Assembly (NCBI GenBank): GCA_049599475.1
Contig: JBMYOQ010000001.1
Span: forward strand, 96,500-160,499
Direction of reading: 5' to 3'
Source of the DNA: Opitutales bacterium
GTDB lineage: Bacteria > Verrucomicrobiota > Verrucomicrobiia > Opitutales > JABSRG01
Length of the DNA stretch: 64,000 nt
Shown here piece after piece: positions 18,711-27,870 of this stretch; positions within the stretch are counted from its first letter, which is position 1; the number at the start of each line of letters is the position of its first letter. The notes below the pieces were generated by a model. That model was not told the DNA's origin, did not search any database, and saw nothing but the letters and a program-made list of their open reading frames with translations. The position numbers and the translations under genes were made by a program.

Positions 18711-19850
18711 ATGGGTCGGAGCTTGAAAATTGGGGTCGTCTGCTATCCGAGTATCGGAGGTAGTGGTATATTGGCTACGCATCTCGGGTTGCTTTGTGCC
18801 AAGGAAGGGCACGAGGTACATTTTATCTCCTACGAGAAACCGGTGAGGCTCGATGTCGATCACCCCAATATTCATTTTCACTTGGTATCTGTTTCTGAGT
18901 ATTCACTTTTTAAATACTCCGACTACACATTGCCCTTATCTGTTAAAATAGCGGATATCTCTGAAGAGCATGATCTAGATGTTTTACACGTGCACTATGC
19001 GGTTCCCCATGCGACAGCAGCTCTGCTAGCGCGCCAAATGCGCCCGCATACACAACGTCCAGCTATTGTCACGACCTTGCATGGCACGGACACGACTCTC
19101 TTGGGTAAGGATCCGCACTATATGCCCATCATTAAATTTTCGATGGAGCAATCGGATGGGGTGACTACTGTTTCTCAAAGCCTCAAGCAGCAGACTATCG
19201 ATACTTTTGATGTGAAGCATCCGATTGAGGTAATTTATAATTTCTATGATCCAGCGCCTCCCGTTCGGTCTCGAGAAGAGGTGCGTGCTGATTTGGGAGT
19301 TGCTGAGTCAGAATTGATGCTCTTGCACATGTCGAACCTTCGGCCGGTGAAGCGTTTCGAGGATATTCTGCAAGCGTTTGCTTTGGTCGATAGTAGCTTG
19401 AATTCTAAGCTGGTTGTAGCTGCAGGCGCTGACTCGCGATCGTTCAAAGCCGAAGCCGAGAGGTTGGGCGTTGGAGATCGGGTGATTTTTCGAGAGCATG
19501 TTGTAGCGATCAACGATTATCTGAATGCATGTGATATTGGAGTATATGCTTCTGAGCAGGAAAGCTTTGGATTAAGCATTTTGGAGACGATGTGCTATGG
19601 CCATCCGGTAGTCGCGACGCGAGCCGGGGGCATCCCCGAGGTTGTCGAAGATGGGGCGAGTGGGATTTTGGTCGAAATAGGCGATGTAAATGCTCTGTCG
19701 GCTGCAATGACTCGATTGATCCAAGATGCGGAGCTCAGAGCGTGCTATGGTGAACGCGGTGCGGCCGTGGCGGCATCCAAGTTTTCAGGAGCTCCGGTGA
19801 GGGATCAGTATTTAAAACTCTATTACGAAATGGTGGCGGCTTGTGAATAG
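18711..19850 (+). CDS. bshA: N-acetyl-alpha-D-glucosaminyl L-malate synthase BshA
   Basis: KIGVVCYPSIGGSGILAT, LHVHYAVPHA, TTLHGTD, SNLRPVKR, ESFGLS. Confidence 0.93.
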   Translation: MGRSLKIGVVCYPSIGGSGILATHLGLLCAKEGHEVHFISYEKPVRLDVDHPNIHFHLVSVSEYSLFKYSDYTLPLSVKIADISEEHDLDVLHVHYAVPHATAALLARQMRPHTQRPAIVTTLHGTDTTLLGKDPHYMPIIKFSMEQSDGVTTVSQSLKQQTIDTFDVKHPIEVIYNFYDPAPPVRSREEVRADLGVAESELMLLHMSNLRPVKRFEDILQAFALVDSSLNSKLVVAAGADSRSFKAEAERLGVGDRVIFREHVVAINDYLNACDIGVYASEQESFGLSILETMCYGHPVVATRAGGIPEVVEDGASGILVEIGDVNALSAAMTRLIQDAELRACYGERGAAVAASKFSGAPVRDQYLKLYYEMVAACE

Positions 19851-20700
19851 GAATCGGCTTTGGTTGTGCATTTTTTGTTGTTTGGTGGCCTGTTTAGGCG
19901 CTTTTGCTGATGCTGGGGATCAAGCATCTGAGAGCGAGGCTGCCTTGGAAAATGCTTACGACACTTTTAGAAAAGCGTCTTTAGCACGGAGAGTGTATCC
20001 TGTGCGGGCCTTAGCAAGGGCTGCTAGAGAAGCAGGGGATGCCGAGGCCTTGGAACAATATACGGAGCTCGAAGTTTCAGAGTATGCGCAACATCGGGCG
20101 GAGCTTACGGATTTTGCATTGTCAGTGCTGAAGGATACAACTGCCTTGGCTGTGAGCGCGAGTCGTTGGAGTGATTATCGATTGGATGATCTGGCGGCAG
20201 CTGTTCAGGCATTCCAGGCGAAGTTTCCTGAACATGAAGATCTGCCCGTACTACTGGATAAAATTGAGAGCTTGAAACGTGTTCGGGTAGGGGCGACTGC
20301 CCCGGCAATCACGGGCAATTCCCCGAGCGGGGAAACTTTGAGCTTGGCCGAATTTAAAGGGAAATACGTTTTGCTCGATTTTTGGGCCGGATGGTGCCCG
20401 CCATGTCGCGTAGAAAACGCCAACTATGTTGAGCTGTATTCAGAATATGGAGGCGATGAGTTTGAGATTTTAGCGATTTCACAGGACCGCCGTCCAGACC
20501 AGTGGAAGCGTGCAATTGCTCAGGATAAGGCGACATGGAAGCACATTTCCGATGTGAAAGGGATGGATAGTTCTCAGGCGAAGGCCTATGCGGTGACCGC
20601 TCTTCCTGCGAGTTTCCTGATCGATCCAGACGGGATAATCATCGCCAAAGATTTGCGTGGCGATGCTTTGGCCGAAAAATTGGCCGAAGTCCTTAAGTGA
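19843..20700 (+). CDS. Exported TlpA/ResA-like thiol-disulfide oxidoreductase
   Basis: Signal peptide, LLDFWAGWCPPCR, ALPASFLID. Confidence 0.88.
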   Translation: MNRNRLWLCIFCCLVACLGAFADAGDQASESEAALENAYDTFRKASLARRVYPVRALARAAREAGDAEALEQYTELEVSEYAQHRAELTDFALSVLKDTTALAVSASRWSDYRLDDLAAAVQAFQAKFPEHEDLPVLLDKIESLKRVRVGATAPAITGNSPSGETLSLAEFKGKYVLLDFWAGWCPPCRVENANYVELYSEYGGDEFEILAISQDRRPDQWKRAIAQDKATWKHISDVKGMDSSQAKAYAVTALPASFLIDPDGIIIAKDLRGDALAEKLAEVLK

Positions 20701-20707
20701 TCTCCAT

Positions 20708-21607
20708 CTACACCATCTCTTGCAGAATCTGAGGCATTCTGCTGAGTGTGTGTTTTAGGGAGGCGATCGAAAGTTTGGACTCAGTATTGTCGGAGCCGAA
20801 AAGAATTTTCCAGGATGCTAGGCGCGTCCAGCGCTCCTCGGGGACCGGAGTCGTTTTTTCGATGTCGGTGATTCCGGTTGAGCGTAACAAAATGTCGGAG
20901 ATGTGGACTGCGGCCGCAGTCTTGGCGTAGTTGGGGGCGCGTGACGGTGTATTGTGGTAGCGCACGGCTTCGACGATTTCGTCGGCAAGGTTGTGCTTCT
21001 GTAGATAATACGCTCCGACCATAGCATGGTCCCAGCCGCCCAGAAGTTCACGTTCCCGTTTGCAGAATGCGATCGCCGATTCAGCCTCATAATCAATGAG
21101 TTGCTCGAACTCGTAGGGAAAGACGTAAGCCATGACGATTTTGCCCACGTTGTGGACGAGGCCAACGATGTAGTCGGTATCGTCCTCGTAGATCGTGTTG
21201 GTTAGCGAAAGAATCTCGCGGGTAAGTATGGCTGTACCGATACTATGCTGCCAGAGGTTGTCCCAGGATACGCCACTGAATTTTTCATTCAGTTTGTTGA
21301 GCTCCTCAATGACGGGTGTGGCTAGGGTAAGCTCCCGGATTTGGCGTAGTCCGAGATAAAATACAGCTTCCTCAATATTATTTACCTTACGATTTAGCCC
21401 ATAGAAAACTGAGTTTACCAGCTTGAGCAGGCGTGAGGTGAGGGAAGGGTCGCGCCGAATGACCTCAGAGATCTGCGAAGTCACAGAGTCTTCCGCGTTC
21501 ATCAATTCATTGAGCGCCTCGTTAATACTGCTCAGGGACGCAAGGCGGGGACAATTGCCGATTTTGGCAATTATATCCGCGTTAGTCCATTGTTTGACGG
21601 CGCTCAA
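20708..21607 (-). CDS. HDOD domain protein
   Basis: DPSLTSRLLKLVNS, LWQHSIGTA, GLVHNVGK, HAMVGAY. Confidence 0.9.
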   Translation of the reverse strand: MSAVKQWTNADIIAKIGNCPRLASLSSINEALNELMNAEDSVTSQISEVIRRDPSLTSRLLKLVNSVFYGLNRKVNNIEEAVFYLGLRQIRELTLATPVIEELNKLNEKFSGVSWDNLWQHSIGTAILTREILSLTNTIYEDDTDYIVGLVHNVGKIVMAYVFPYEFEQLIDYEAESAIAFCKRERELLGGWDHAMVGAYYLQKHNLADEIVEAVRYHNTPSRAPNYAKTAAAVHISDILLRSTGITDIEKTTPVPEERWTRLASWKILFGSDNTESKLSIASLKHTLSRMPQILQEMV

Positions 21608-21698
21608 GGCAGGTATTGTTTATAAAGTGAAGCAGCCGAGATCGCTGCCGACGAATCGGGACGCGCTCTCGGCTGCTGTGCAAATGGTAAGGTCTGTG

Positions 21699-22829
21699 TT
21701 AAGCAGAAACAGGTGCGGTCTTGGCTTCTTCGACTGAACTGAAAATCGACCAATCTTTGGATTCTGCGTAGCTTTTGCAGTCTTCAATGAGTTTGTCATT
21801 TCCAGCAATCGTGAGGCTGAGACCGAGGTCTTTGCTCATGTCGTGGGCGGTGATGAGCAGCTTAAGCGCGGACGTATCCAGCTTTGACATCTTGGTTCCA
21901 TCGATCACGACTTTGTTGAGTCCTGCATCTACGGCCGAGGATATCTGTGGCTTGAGATAGCCCGAAATTTCGTTTTGAACATTCGGAGTCAAGTTCTCCG
22001 GTAGATGGATAATGAAGAAGCTTCCATCGTGTTTAAAGTATTTGCCCGAGGTATCGAGGTTGATGGCTTTCGCCAGCTTGTTGTCGAGGTCCTCAAAGTC
22101 GATTGGCTTGGTAACGATTGCTGAGAAACCGTTTTGCGTCGCCTGTTGCTGTAGATGAGTTTCGCTCTTCACTGCGAGGCCAAAAATCGGGATGTATTTG
22201 GTCTTCATATTGGAGCGCAATATGCGGAACAGTGTAAACGCTGCTTCTTCAGGAAGGCTCAGACTGATCATGATGGCGTCTGGCTTTTTGTTTTGGCAAT
22301 AATCTATGGCCTCTCCAGTTGAGTTGACTCCAGCGACTTGCCAATTTGGTCCATTTAGACCTGATGAGATTTGGTCAATAATAGCTGGCTTGTCGTCCAC
22401 CACTAGGATGAAACACGCGTCGTTGATGCTCTTCTGGCGGCTCTGTTTTTCTTCCTTCGGGCGAAGGTCGATAACGCGGCCTGCTTTCTCGATGAGAGCC
22501 TCCTCTTTGAAAGGCTTTACGACATAATCGCGGATACCGATCTTTGCGATTTTCATGACGTTCTCACGGCCCGCTTCTGCAGTGAGCATGATCACAGGAA
22601 TGCCCTTGAGGTCCGGATCCGATTTCAGCTTGGTGAGCATTTCTACGCCATCCATGACCGGCATGGTAACGTCGAGTAAAATTAGATCAGGCTTCTCCTT
22701 TGCGGCGGCAGCAAGGCCTTCGACTCCGTTACTCCCTTCAACAATATCGACATCAAAGGTTTTGAAGGCCTTCTTAACAATCATACGGACGGCTTTGGAG
22801 TCGTCCACTGTTAGAATTTTGAGTCCCAT
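21699..22829 (-). CDS. Response regulator, REC-pseudoREC-STAS
   Basis: REC1 VDD..LLDVTMP..T..KP; REC2 has S at the phosphoacceptor position (IMISLSLP); C-terminal VVIDGTKMSKLDTSAL is STAS-like. Confidence 0.85.
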   Translation of the reverse strand: MGLKILTVDDSKAVRMIVKKAFKTFDVDIVEGSNGVEGLAAAAKEKPDLILLDVTMPVMDGVEMLTKLKSDPDLKGIPVIMLTAEAGRENVMKIAKIGIRDYVVKPFKEEALIEKAGRVIDLRPKEEKQSRQKSINDACFILVVDDKPAIIDQISSGLNGPNWQVAGVNSTGEAIDYCQNKKPDAIMISLSLPEEAAFTLFRILRSNMKTKYIPIFGLAVKSETHLQQQATQNGFSAIVTKPIDFEDLDNKLAKAINLDTSGKYFKHDGSFFIIHLPENLTPNVQNEISGYLKPQISSAVDAGLNKVVIDGTKMSKLDTSALKLLITAHDMSKDLGLSLTIAGNDKLIEDCKSYAESKDWSIFSSVEEAKTAPVSA

Positions 22830-22841
22830 TATAGTCTCTCC

Positions 22842-23381
22842 TTATTTATCAGCAGGTTTCATCAAAAGGTCGCAAGTGAGCACATCGCCCATTGCTTTAA
22901 ATTGGAAAACGCGTCGCATGACCTCTGAGGTCGTTTCGACGCTGAATTGAGATCCCCTTAAAATCGAAGGGATCGTGAGGCGACAGTTGTATCCTATGTC
23001 GCAAAGTCCGTTTTTGAATGTGCCAGCGATCATGTTGGCCATTTCGCCGAGGGCGTCATTTACAGTGCTGTCGGGCTCTTCGTCGAGCTCGTCTGGTTCC
23101 ATTCCTAAGAAGTTACATGTGACGTCGCGGGCTAGGCTATCGTGCATGTATAGGTAAAGCACGCCGTTTAGGCTCCCGATGAAGCCGACCATACTGACGA
23201 CCGCTGAGTCGCTAGTCACCGGGGCTTCCCTGCCTTCGCCCTCTCCATTTGTGGGTTTTACCATCCAAGATTCTTGGTAGCTGATGTGGCAGCCCGGCAG
23301 CATCGTCTCGAAAAATTTGTCAACAGCACCCTGGACCATAGTGTCCAGTGTTTCAGGTGAAAAGGGTATCAGTGTATCCAT
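22842..23381 (-). CDS. cheX: CheX-family phosphatase
   Basis: VGFIGSLNG, DALGEMANMIAG (ExxN), TIPSILRG. Confidence 0.88.
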   Translation of the reverse strand: MDTLIPFSPETLDTMVQGAVDKFFETMLPGCHISYQESWMVKPTNGEGEGREAPVTSDSAVVSMVGFIGSLNGVLYLYMHDSLARDVTCNFLGMEPDELDEEPDSTVNDALGEMANMIAGTFKNGLCDIGYNCRLTIPSILRGSQFSVETTSEVMRRVFQFKAMGDVLTCDLLMKPADK

Positions 23382-23415
23382 GATGTCGTGTGTGAAGTTA
23401 GCCAGTCTGCCTGGG

Positions 23416-23442
23416 GTTTCGGCGACTTGATGTGCCCCGTTG
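23416..23442 (-). promoter_or_regulatory. Possible sigma28 promoter for cheX
   Basis: Minus strand CAAC-N15-GCCGAAAC. Confidence 0.35.
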
Positions 23443-23507
23443 TTTGAGTGTAATTCGTCTCAGGTAGGGGTGTTCTTGATCGATAATTATAAGTTATTTG
23501 CGTTATT

Positions 23508-24368
23508 TCACAGCTCTGGAGCTGCTACCTTCCTATTAGGAATTAAAGATCCTTTCACCTCTTGGACGATGTCGTGTGCTTCAAGGATCAGTTCTTGCAT
23601 CTCTAGATCATCGAATTCGAAGAACTTTAATGCGTCTTGTGAGCCGAAAATGGCCCAGGCATCGCGCCCATAGTTAAGACCGATGTTTGCGATTACGAAG
23701 TTTGCCAGGTAGATGAGATGGGCCATACTCTCGTGAGATTCGGCTTTCTCCGGGAAATACTGATGTGTCACCGGGAGAGTGATATCTTCGGGGAAGCTCC
23801 AGCTCTCTAGAAGGGTGCCTGCGAGCATGGCATGATTGAATCCAAGGATCGCTTCTTCGGCTTCTATCAAAGTCATATCTCGCTTGCTCTGCATATCGAA
23901 GACTTGCTCGTAAGTGCCTTGGATTTTTTCGTTTATGACGAGTTTGCCCATGGAATGTAGGAGACCGACGGTGTATGCGGTATCTGCTTCTTCATCGAGG
24001 CGTTTTGCGAGGCTCTCCATGACGAGACCGGTAGCCACTGAGTTTTCCCAGAGTTCGCCGTCGTCGATGCTGAAATGCTCTACAGGTTTGTTTAAAGATT
24101 CTTTGCCACAGATGGTCGCGACTATCTTGTAGACTTCGCGTTGGCCGAGTCTGTTTACGGCTGCCTCAAGGCTTCCGGTGGTGAGTCCGTAGTAGCCTGA
24201 GTTACAAATTTTCAGCACCTGAGCCGAGAGTGAGGCATCGAGCTTGATGAGCGCGATTACGTCATCGAGGGTGGCGTTATCGTCTCTCAAGAGATCCATC
24301 AACTGTGGAAGGATCTGGAGTGCTGGGGAAATCGAATCGATATCCTTGATTAGATCTTCGATTTTCAT
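23508..24368 (-). CDS. HDOD domain protein
   Basis: DASLSAQVLKICNSGYYG, GLLHSMGK, FNHAMLAG. Confidence 0.9.
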   Translation of the reverse strand: MKIEDLIKDIDSISPALQILPQLMDLLRDDNATLDDVIALIKLDASLSAQVLKICNSGYYGLTTGSLEAAVNRLGQREVYKIVATICGKESLNKPVEHFSIDDGELWENSVATGLVMESLAKRLDEEADTAYTVGLLHSMGKLVINEKIQGTYEQVFDMQSKRDMTLIEAEEAILGFNHAMLAGTLLESWSFPEDITLPVTHQYFPEKAESHESMAHLIYLANFVIANIGLNYGRDAWAIFGSQDALKFFEFDDLEMQELILEAHDIVQEVKGSLIPNRKVAAPEL

Positions 24369-24886
24369 AACAGGCTGTATTTCTTTGATTGGTTTGGCAT
24401 CTTCAATTTTACGGTTCCGTCTTTCATTGACAGATGCACAGTGCGGTTGTTGAGACCGCCAACGTTTTCGGCTTGGATCTTGAGGCCCAATTTATCCAAA
24501 TAATTTCGGATAGCATCCTCATTGCGTGCGCCAATTTTGAAGAAGTCGCTTTTCTGGATTACCGAGGCCCCTCCCGCGATCATGATTTTGAGTGAGGGTA
24601 ACTTGGCTCCGAGTCCTTCGAGCTCGCTGAAGAAATATTTGCATCCGGTGTCGCAAAACATCGAGGGGCGACCGCGTGCCTTCTCGGAGGAAAGGGACGA
24701 ATCCGGCAGCATAAAGTGGAGGATCCCGCCAACATACGTGGAGGGGTCGAATGCGATCACGCCGATGCATGATCCTAAAGCGTAGGTACTAATAATTTGG
24801 CTTCTATTATTAGAAGCTGCCATATCGCCGACGCCTACGACGATATGTTCAGTAAATATTCCGACTAGTGATGGAGCGCCTGACAC
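24365..24886 (-). CDS. cheD: Chemoreceptor glutamine deamidase CheD
   Basis: TYALGSCIGV, GILHFMLP, AGGA, IGARN, NVGG. Confidence 0.92.
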   Translation of the reverse strand: MSGAPSLVGIFTEHIVVGVGDMAASNNRSQIISTYALGSCIGVIAFDPSTYVGGILHFMLPDSSLSSEKARGRPSMFCDTGCKYFFSELEGLGAKLPSLKIMIAGGASVIQKSDFFKIGARNEDAIRNYLDKLGLKIQAENVGGLNNRTVHLSMKDGTVKLKMPNQSKKYSLL

Positions 24887-24966
24887 GTTTGTCTGAAAGT
24901 TTGGGTTAAAATCTGTGGTTTAGGAGGGCCGGGCTTTCGCGGAGGAGAGTTTGGTTTTGAAAGAAA

Positions 24967-25437
24967 TTATAGGCCCGATACTGCGGGAGTCGGGCGGTTT
25001 AGGTGCTCCTGGATTTGTTGGAGCAGTTGGACTTTCTGATAAATCGGAGCGTCTTGAGCGATCTGCATCGATTTTCCTTCTAAGTCTGTAATTTTAAAAG
25101 ATTGTTGGCCGGAAGGGTCGGTGTGAGGTGTGATGGTCCACTCTCCGCTGGAGAGGGGTGCGCGTTCTCCATTGAGTCCCTTTTGGTCCTGAAGAATCTC
25201 AAGTTTGAGGTTTTGAGATATTTCCAGAAGCTGGCTGTCGTTGATTTTAGGGTTCAGCTCGAAAATTTCTTGGATGCTTTTGGCGTCTTTTATCCCCTGT
25301 TCATTCAGAATTTCTGAGAATGGGGTGACTTTCTGATTGGGGTCTGCCTTGGCCGCTGGTTGTGGTTGCGCAGTGGCTTCGCCGAGAATGGAGCGTCCGG
25401 CGCTTACGAGAATATTTGCGATTAGGCCATGCATCAT
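24967..25437 (-). CDS. Hypothetical protein in the chemosensory cassette
   Basis: Co-oriented, 12 bp below cheW; no family recognised. Confidence 0.65.
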   Translation of the reverse strand: MMHGLIANILVSAGRSILGEATAQPQPAAKADPNQKVTPFSEILNEQGIKDAKSIQEIFELNPKINDSQLLEISQNLKLEILQDQKGLNGERAPLSSGEWTITPHTDPSGQQSFKITDLEGKSMQIAQDAPIYQKVQLLQQIQEHLNRPTPAVSGL

Positions 25438-25449
25438 AATCTTGGGGAG

Positions 25450-25950
25450 TTAGAAGCTCTCCTCTACGACCACCTTATCGATATCTAGGAGAGAGATTAG
25501 ATTGCCCTTGGTCTTGGCTAGGCCGATGACGTGGGCAGTTGTTTGCGAGTTTCCGACGCTTGGATCGGATTCAAAATCGTCTTCTTGGATGCGCATCACT
25601 TCGTCCACCGCATCTACAATGAGTCCGGCAGTGGATTCCTGGCGTTCATGATCTTCAACCATGACCACGACGATGCAGGTGCGCTCGTCGAATGTGTCCT
25701 CGCCGATTGCAAACTTGAGACGCATGTCGATGACAGGAATTACCTTTCCGCGAAGGTTCATTATGCCCTTAACGTATTCTGGGCGATGGGGCACGGGGGT
25801 GATCGGTTGCATCCGAATGATCTCGCGGATGTGATTCACTGAGATCCCATACATCTCGGCTCCGAGGTGGAAACTCAGGTATTTTCCCGGTTGAAAGGTT
25901 TTGGTGGTCGGTGTCTGTGAAACAGAGGGATCTTCGAGCGTAGCTGACAT
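25450..25950 (-). CDS. cheW: Chemotaxis coupling protein CheW
   Basis: YGISVNHIREII, GIMNLRGKVIPVID, GLIVDAVDEV. Confidence 0.94.
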   Translation of the reverse strand: MSATLEDPSVSQTPTTKTFQPGKYLSFHLGAEMYGISVNHIREIIRMQPITPVPHRPEYVKGIMNLRGKVIPVIDMRLKFAIGEDTFDERTCIVVVMVEDHERQESTAGLIVDAVDEVMRIQEDDFESDPSVGNSQTTAHVIGLAKTKGNLISLLDIDKVVVEESF

Positions 25951-25983
25951 GATAGAATACTCTAAAATTAAAGTGTTTCCTGA

Positions 25984-26010
25984 AAGTCGGTGAGAGATGC
26001 CCGGTCTTTA
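25984..26010 (-). promoter_or_regulatory. Possible sigma28 promoter for cheW
   Basis: Minus strand TAAA-N15-ACCGACTT versus consensus TAAA-N15-GCCGATAA. Confidence 0.4.
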
Positions 26011-26087
26011 TTCGCTTTTGCCGAAAATTGAGCCCTCTTTACGCACTGTTTCTTGCTTATTGGGAGCAGACGATCAGAGTGCGCCCT

Positions 26088-26636
26088 ATGGCTAAGACCT
26101 TAGAAGAGATCTCGGACGAACTGAAGGCTTGGGTGCTGCGACAGCCGATGTTTTTTGTGGCTTCCGCACCTCTCGATACTTCAGGGCTGGTAAACTGTTC
26201 TCCCAAAGGCTTGAATTCGCTGCGAGTTCTGGGGCCAAAGAGGGTTGCTTACCTTGATTTAACGGGTAGCGGAGCTGAGACAGCGGCTCATGTCCGGGAA
26301 AATGGACGCCTTGTTATCATGCTTAACGCCTTTAGTGGCCCTCCTCGAATTGTGCGTTTTCATGGGAAGGCACGTGTCGTGTTCCCAGGGGATTCTGAAT
26401 GGGAGGAACTGTTTGCTCAGTTTGACCCTATTGCTGGGGCCCGAGCCATCTTCGTCCTAGATGCCGAGCGGATATCCGATAGCTGCGGATTCGCTGTGCC
26501 GGAGATGGAATACAAGGGTCAGCGAGATACCTTGGTCAAATGGGCCGAGCGCAAAGGCGATGAGGGTGTCCAGCGTTATCAAGCAGAGAAAAATGGGGAG
26601 AGCCTCGATGGTCTGCCTGCCGTTCCCAAGGGGTAA
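26088..26636 (+). CDS. Pyridoxamine 5'-phosphate oxidase family FMN-binding protein
   Basis: FFVASAP, NCSPKG, DLTGSGAETAAH, SCGFAVP, SLDGLP. Confidence 0.85.
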   Translation: MAKTLEEISDELKAWVLRQPMFFVASAPLDTSGLVNCSPKGLNSLRVLGPKRVAYLDLTGSGAETAAHVRENGRLVIMLNAFSGPPRIVRFHGKARVVFPGDSEWEELFAQFDPIAGARAIFVLDAERISDSCGFAVPEMEYKGQRDTLVKWAERKGDEGVQRYQAEKNGESLDGLPAVPKG

Positions 26637-26715
26637 TGCCGATACATTGCGCTCCTGAGCGTGTTTAGTAAATTCATTGTTGATACCTGCTTCTCAAGAA
26701 TAGAGCGTTCAGCCC

Positions 26716-27726
26716 ATGAAAGTGCTGATTTCTGGATCTATGAAAGAGACTGACTCTGCGAGTCGGGAGGCCTTCGAGACGACGTGTCGCGAAATCGGTC
26801 GCGTGCTTGCGGCTCAGAAAGCGGAAATCATAGTAGGAAATGACAAAGATTCGAATGCGGATCGGTACGTCTGTGAGGGATACTGCGAGTCGGCAAGCTT
26901 TGCTGGTTTGCACATCATCACCTCCGAGGTCTCAAATGTGCCCTTTCAGCAATATTCTGAGAAATCGAGGGTGTTCACTGATATCCGTAAGGGCTCTTGG
27001 GCTGCTATCCGTGTGCAGCAGGTTATGGAATGCGATATTGTTTTGGTGATTGCTGGAGGCATGGGAACAACCTTGGTCGCTCAGACAGCCGTGGCTTTGG
27101 AGAAACCGTGCCTCGCGCTTCCAGGTCTGGGGGGAGCTAGCGGTGAATTATTTGAAGAACTGGAGAAAGAGTATAAGGAGGTCTTTCAGTTGAGCCCAGT
27201 GTTGCAGTCGCTGCGTGGGGCGTGGAACGGTAACTCCGCGGAGACGGTTCACAGAGGGTTACAGATCTTAGTTCAACACAATCCGTTTGCCCGGGATCAG
27301 TTAAAATCGAGCGCGATCTTCCTCGGTTTGACGGTGTTGTTCCTGATCGTCTGGGTCTTAATGCACATTATTGATACGGGGCATTACCTGTTTAACATCT
27401 TGGCCATGATGTCTGTCTCGGTGCTTTTGGGAACCATCCTCAACTTCGGGATGCGCCGCTATCACAACGCAGGAATCAAATTCTCATTTGGGGCATTTTT
27501 AAATCATGCGACCATCTCCATTGTCCTCGGATTTGGATTCACGCTCTTATTTTTGATTGGGGGACTTGGGATAAATGGAGATTTGACCTTCCTAGAAAGT
27601 TTGGATGAGCAGGGGAAAATCAGAGTAGGTGTCTTGATGTCTACCTTTGGGCTCGCCTCTGGGTTTCTATTAGAAGCCTCCGTCAAGCGTTTGCGTAGCT
27701 TGCTTCAAGGGCAATTGGGGAGCTAG
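26716..27726 (+). CDS. SLOG (SMF/DprA-LOG) domain fused to 4 TM helices
   Basis: LISGS..., EIGRVLA, R.QQVMECDIVLVIAGGMGT, ALPGLGGAS; four hydrophobic C-terminal segments. Confidence 0.7.
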   Translation: MKVLISGSMKETDSASREAFETTCREIGRVLAAQKAEIIVGNDKDSNADRYVCEGYCESASFAGLHIITSEVSNVPFQQYSEKSRVFTDIRKGSWAAIRVQQVMECDIVLVIAGGMGTTLVAQTAVALEKPCLALPGLGGASGELFEELEKEYKEVFQLSPVLQSLRGAWNGNSAETVHRGLQILVQHNPFARDQLKSSAIFLGLTVLFLIVWVLMHIIDTGHYLFNILAMMSVSVLLGTILNFGMRRYHNAGIKFSFGAFLNHATISIVLGFGFTLLFLIGGLGINGDLTFLESLDEQGKIRVGVLMSTFGLASGFLLEASVKRLRSLLQGQLGS

Positions 27727-27870
27727 GGACTGTTTTCAAATGGATGCCGCTCGCCGTAAAATGGATTCCCATTAGCTCCGTATTTATGAGCAGACAGCCC
27801 CTGAAAAAAGAATTGAGACTTTTTTCGTGTGATAGGGAACATTACCCGCACTGCCTCCTCACAGCTCTTA

